Shown piece after piece: positions 63,156 to 64,000 of a DNA stretch of 64,000 nt. The position numbers and the translations under genes were made by a program. Source of the DNA: a virus (lineage: Duplodnaviria; Caudoviricetes); IMG/VR virus record IMGVR_UViG_3300020187_001966; one strand, 5' to 3'. Each line of letters starts with the position of its first letter. Position 1 is the first letter of the stretch. The notes below the pieces were generated by a model. That model ran no database searches and had not been told where the DNA came from. It saw only the letters and a list, made by a program, of their open reading frames with translations.

Positions 63156-63163
63156 TATTTATA
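63156..63163 (-). promoter_or_regulatory. T4-type late promoter for the leftward operon
   Basis: TATAAATA on the minus strand, SD AGGAG at 63141-63145, ATG 63132. Confidence 0.7.
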
Positions 63164-64000
63164 GTTTACGTTTGGGAATTTTGCTATCAGCACTGCTTAC
63201 ACAATTATCGCTAATACAAGGCATGGGCTTATCAAACAGTTTAAATCCTGTTTCAATATTACCCAATGGTACATCAGCACAGCTATAACTACGCTTTACA
63301 CTGCCATCTGGTTCACGTATAATAATACCTTGATAGCCAGCATTACAACTCCAGCCTTTAAACTTATTAAAATTAAATGCATTAAAACGTTCTGCTTGAT
63401 CCATGTACCATTTTTTGCCAGTTGAATCTTTAAATTCAATCTGCATGTGCCAGGGCACACTTTTATCATTATCACCTATTGTATACGGCGGCAGTTCGAA
63501 ACTAGGCCTTGGACGATCTGCCCACTTGCGTTTTTCCTCAGTATACGCCATTTGCGGCATGCCGTTCCACAATCGCTGTAACATCTCGTCCGTATAACCT
63601 TCCACGACTCTTGACGCCGTTGGATCGCTTTGTGGCTTGAGTGTGACGTTGATTCCTTGCTCGTGGAAGAACAAGGCATTTTCCCAATCCCTTTCGAACC
63701 ATTCCGGAACCATAACCATATTGATGGTAACCTGTACATCATGCTCCTGACATAATATGAGCTTGTCTGCAAACTCTTGTAGCTTGTCAAGTGTATTTAA
63801 GTGTTCTGTGTGTAAACTAGCGGTTATACTAGCTCTATGGAAAGGTTTTACCCGTTCTACATAGTCTTCGAACCATCGCATATTGCGACTACAGTTTGAT
63901 GTCATATGCACAGAGGTATAATTAGTGTTAGTAACATCATCAGCCAAATGACGCAAAATATCCAGATATCCTGGATGAAAAGTAGGCTCACCGCCAGACA
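63159..64000 (-). CDS. Radical SAM/SPASM-twitch protein (5' end outside window)
   Basis: Frame stays open to the edge and reads SGGEPTFHP; MTSN; C-terminal CNAG...G.V.RSYSC...C...NCVSSAD. Confidence 0.85.
   Translation of the reverse strand, partial: SGGEPTFHPGYLDILRHLADDVTNTNYTSVHMTSNCSRNMRWFEDYVERVKPFHRASITASLHTEHLNTLDKLQEFADKLILCQEHDVQVTINMVMVPEWFERDWENALFFHEQGINVTLKPQSDPTASRVVEGYTDEMLQRLWNGMPQMAYTEEKRKWADRPRPSFELPPYTIGDNDKSVPWHMQIEFKDSTGKKWYMDQAERFNAFNFNKFKGWSCNAGYQGIIIREPDGSVKRSYSCADVPLGNIETGFKLFDKPMPCISDNCVSSADSKIPKRKL

Noticed and set aside
629-63790. Numerous opposite-strand or alternative-frame ORFs in the track (e.g. 5698-6135, 10775-11521, 27268-27723, 41418-41771, 48108-48503)
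   Set aside because: They are shadows of well-supported genes, without SD, motifs or operon coupling.
1-64000. Stop-codon recoding, tRNA/rRNA genes, integrase or IS elements
   Set aside because: Genes tile tightly under the standard code using all three stops, intergenic gaps are short with no cloverleafs seen, and no integrase or transposase motifs were found.

Overview
This is a 64-kb segment of a large, AT-rich, lytic T4-related dsDNA phage genome, probably marine with an alphaproteobacterial host (inference). It is not a bacterial chromosome. It carries a family-B DNA polymerase, a gp45-like clamp, a T4-type RNase H and DsbA, near-perfect sigma70 early promoters (TTGACA-17-TATAGT/TATACT) and many T4-type late promoters ((T)ATAAATA). 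The window has five blocks. (1) 0-21.7 kb, mostly late/virion genes: a cluster of predicted head-internal proteins with capsid-targeting-like N-termini and repeated hydrophobic-x-Glu protease sites, two lectin-like fibre genes, an unannotated metallothionein-like peptide, an ATP-grasp protein and a GH19 endolysin with small membrane proteins. (2) 21.7-26.3 kb, replication genes plus fpr and an Smr protein. (3) 26.3-39.4 kb, a DNA-modification island: DpdL-type QueD paralogue, DpdA, FolE, QueE, glycosyltransferase, two nucleotidyltransferases, PRTase, two amino-methyltransferases, a late PD-(D/E)xK-like nuclease and MetK. (4) 39.4-52.1 kb, conserved phage genes, an AAA+/VWA pair, DHFR, an APS-kinase-like protein and ThyA. 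(5) 52.2-64 kb, a late-promoter-driven biosynthetic-like island: TctA/TctC transporter, four HxD...H oxygenases, three sulfotransferase-like proteins, a QueC-like PP-loop ATPase, a minimal adenylating enzyme, GNAT, nitroreductase and radical SAM, converging on one small late protein. The strongest novelty candidates are this island, the protease-punctuated internal polyproteins, and the late nuclease / early methylase pair inside a 7-deazaguanine locus. All family assignments come from motif recognition by eye; no searches were run.
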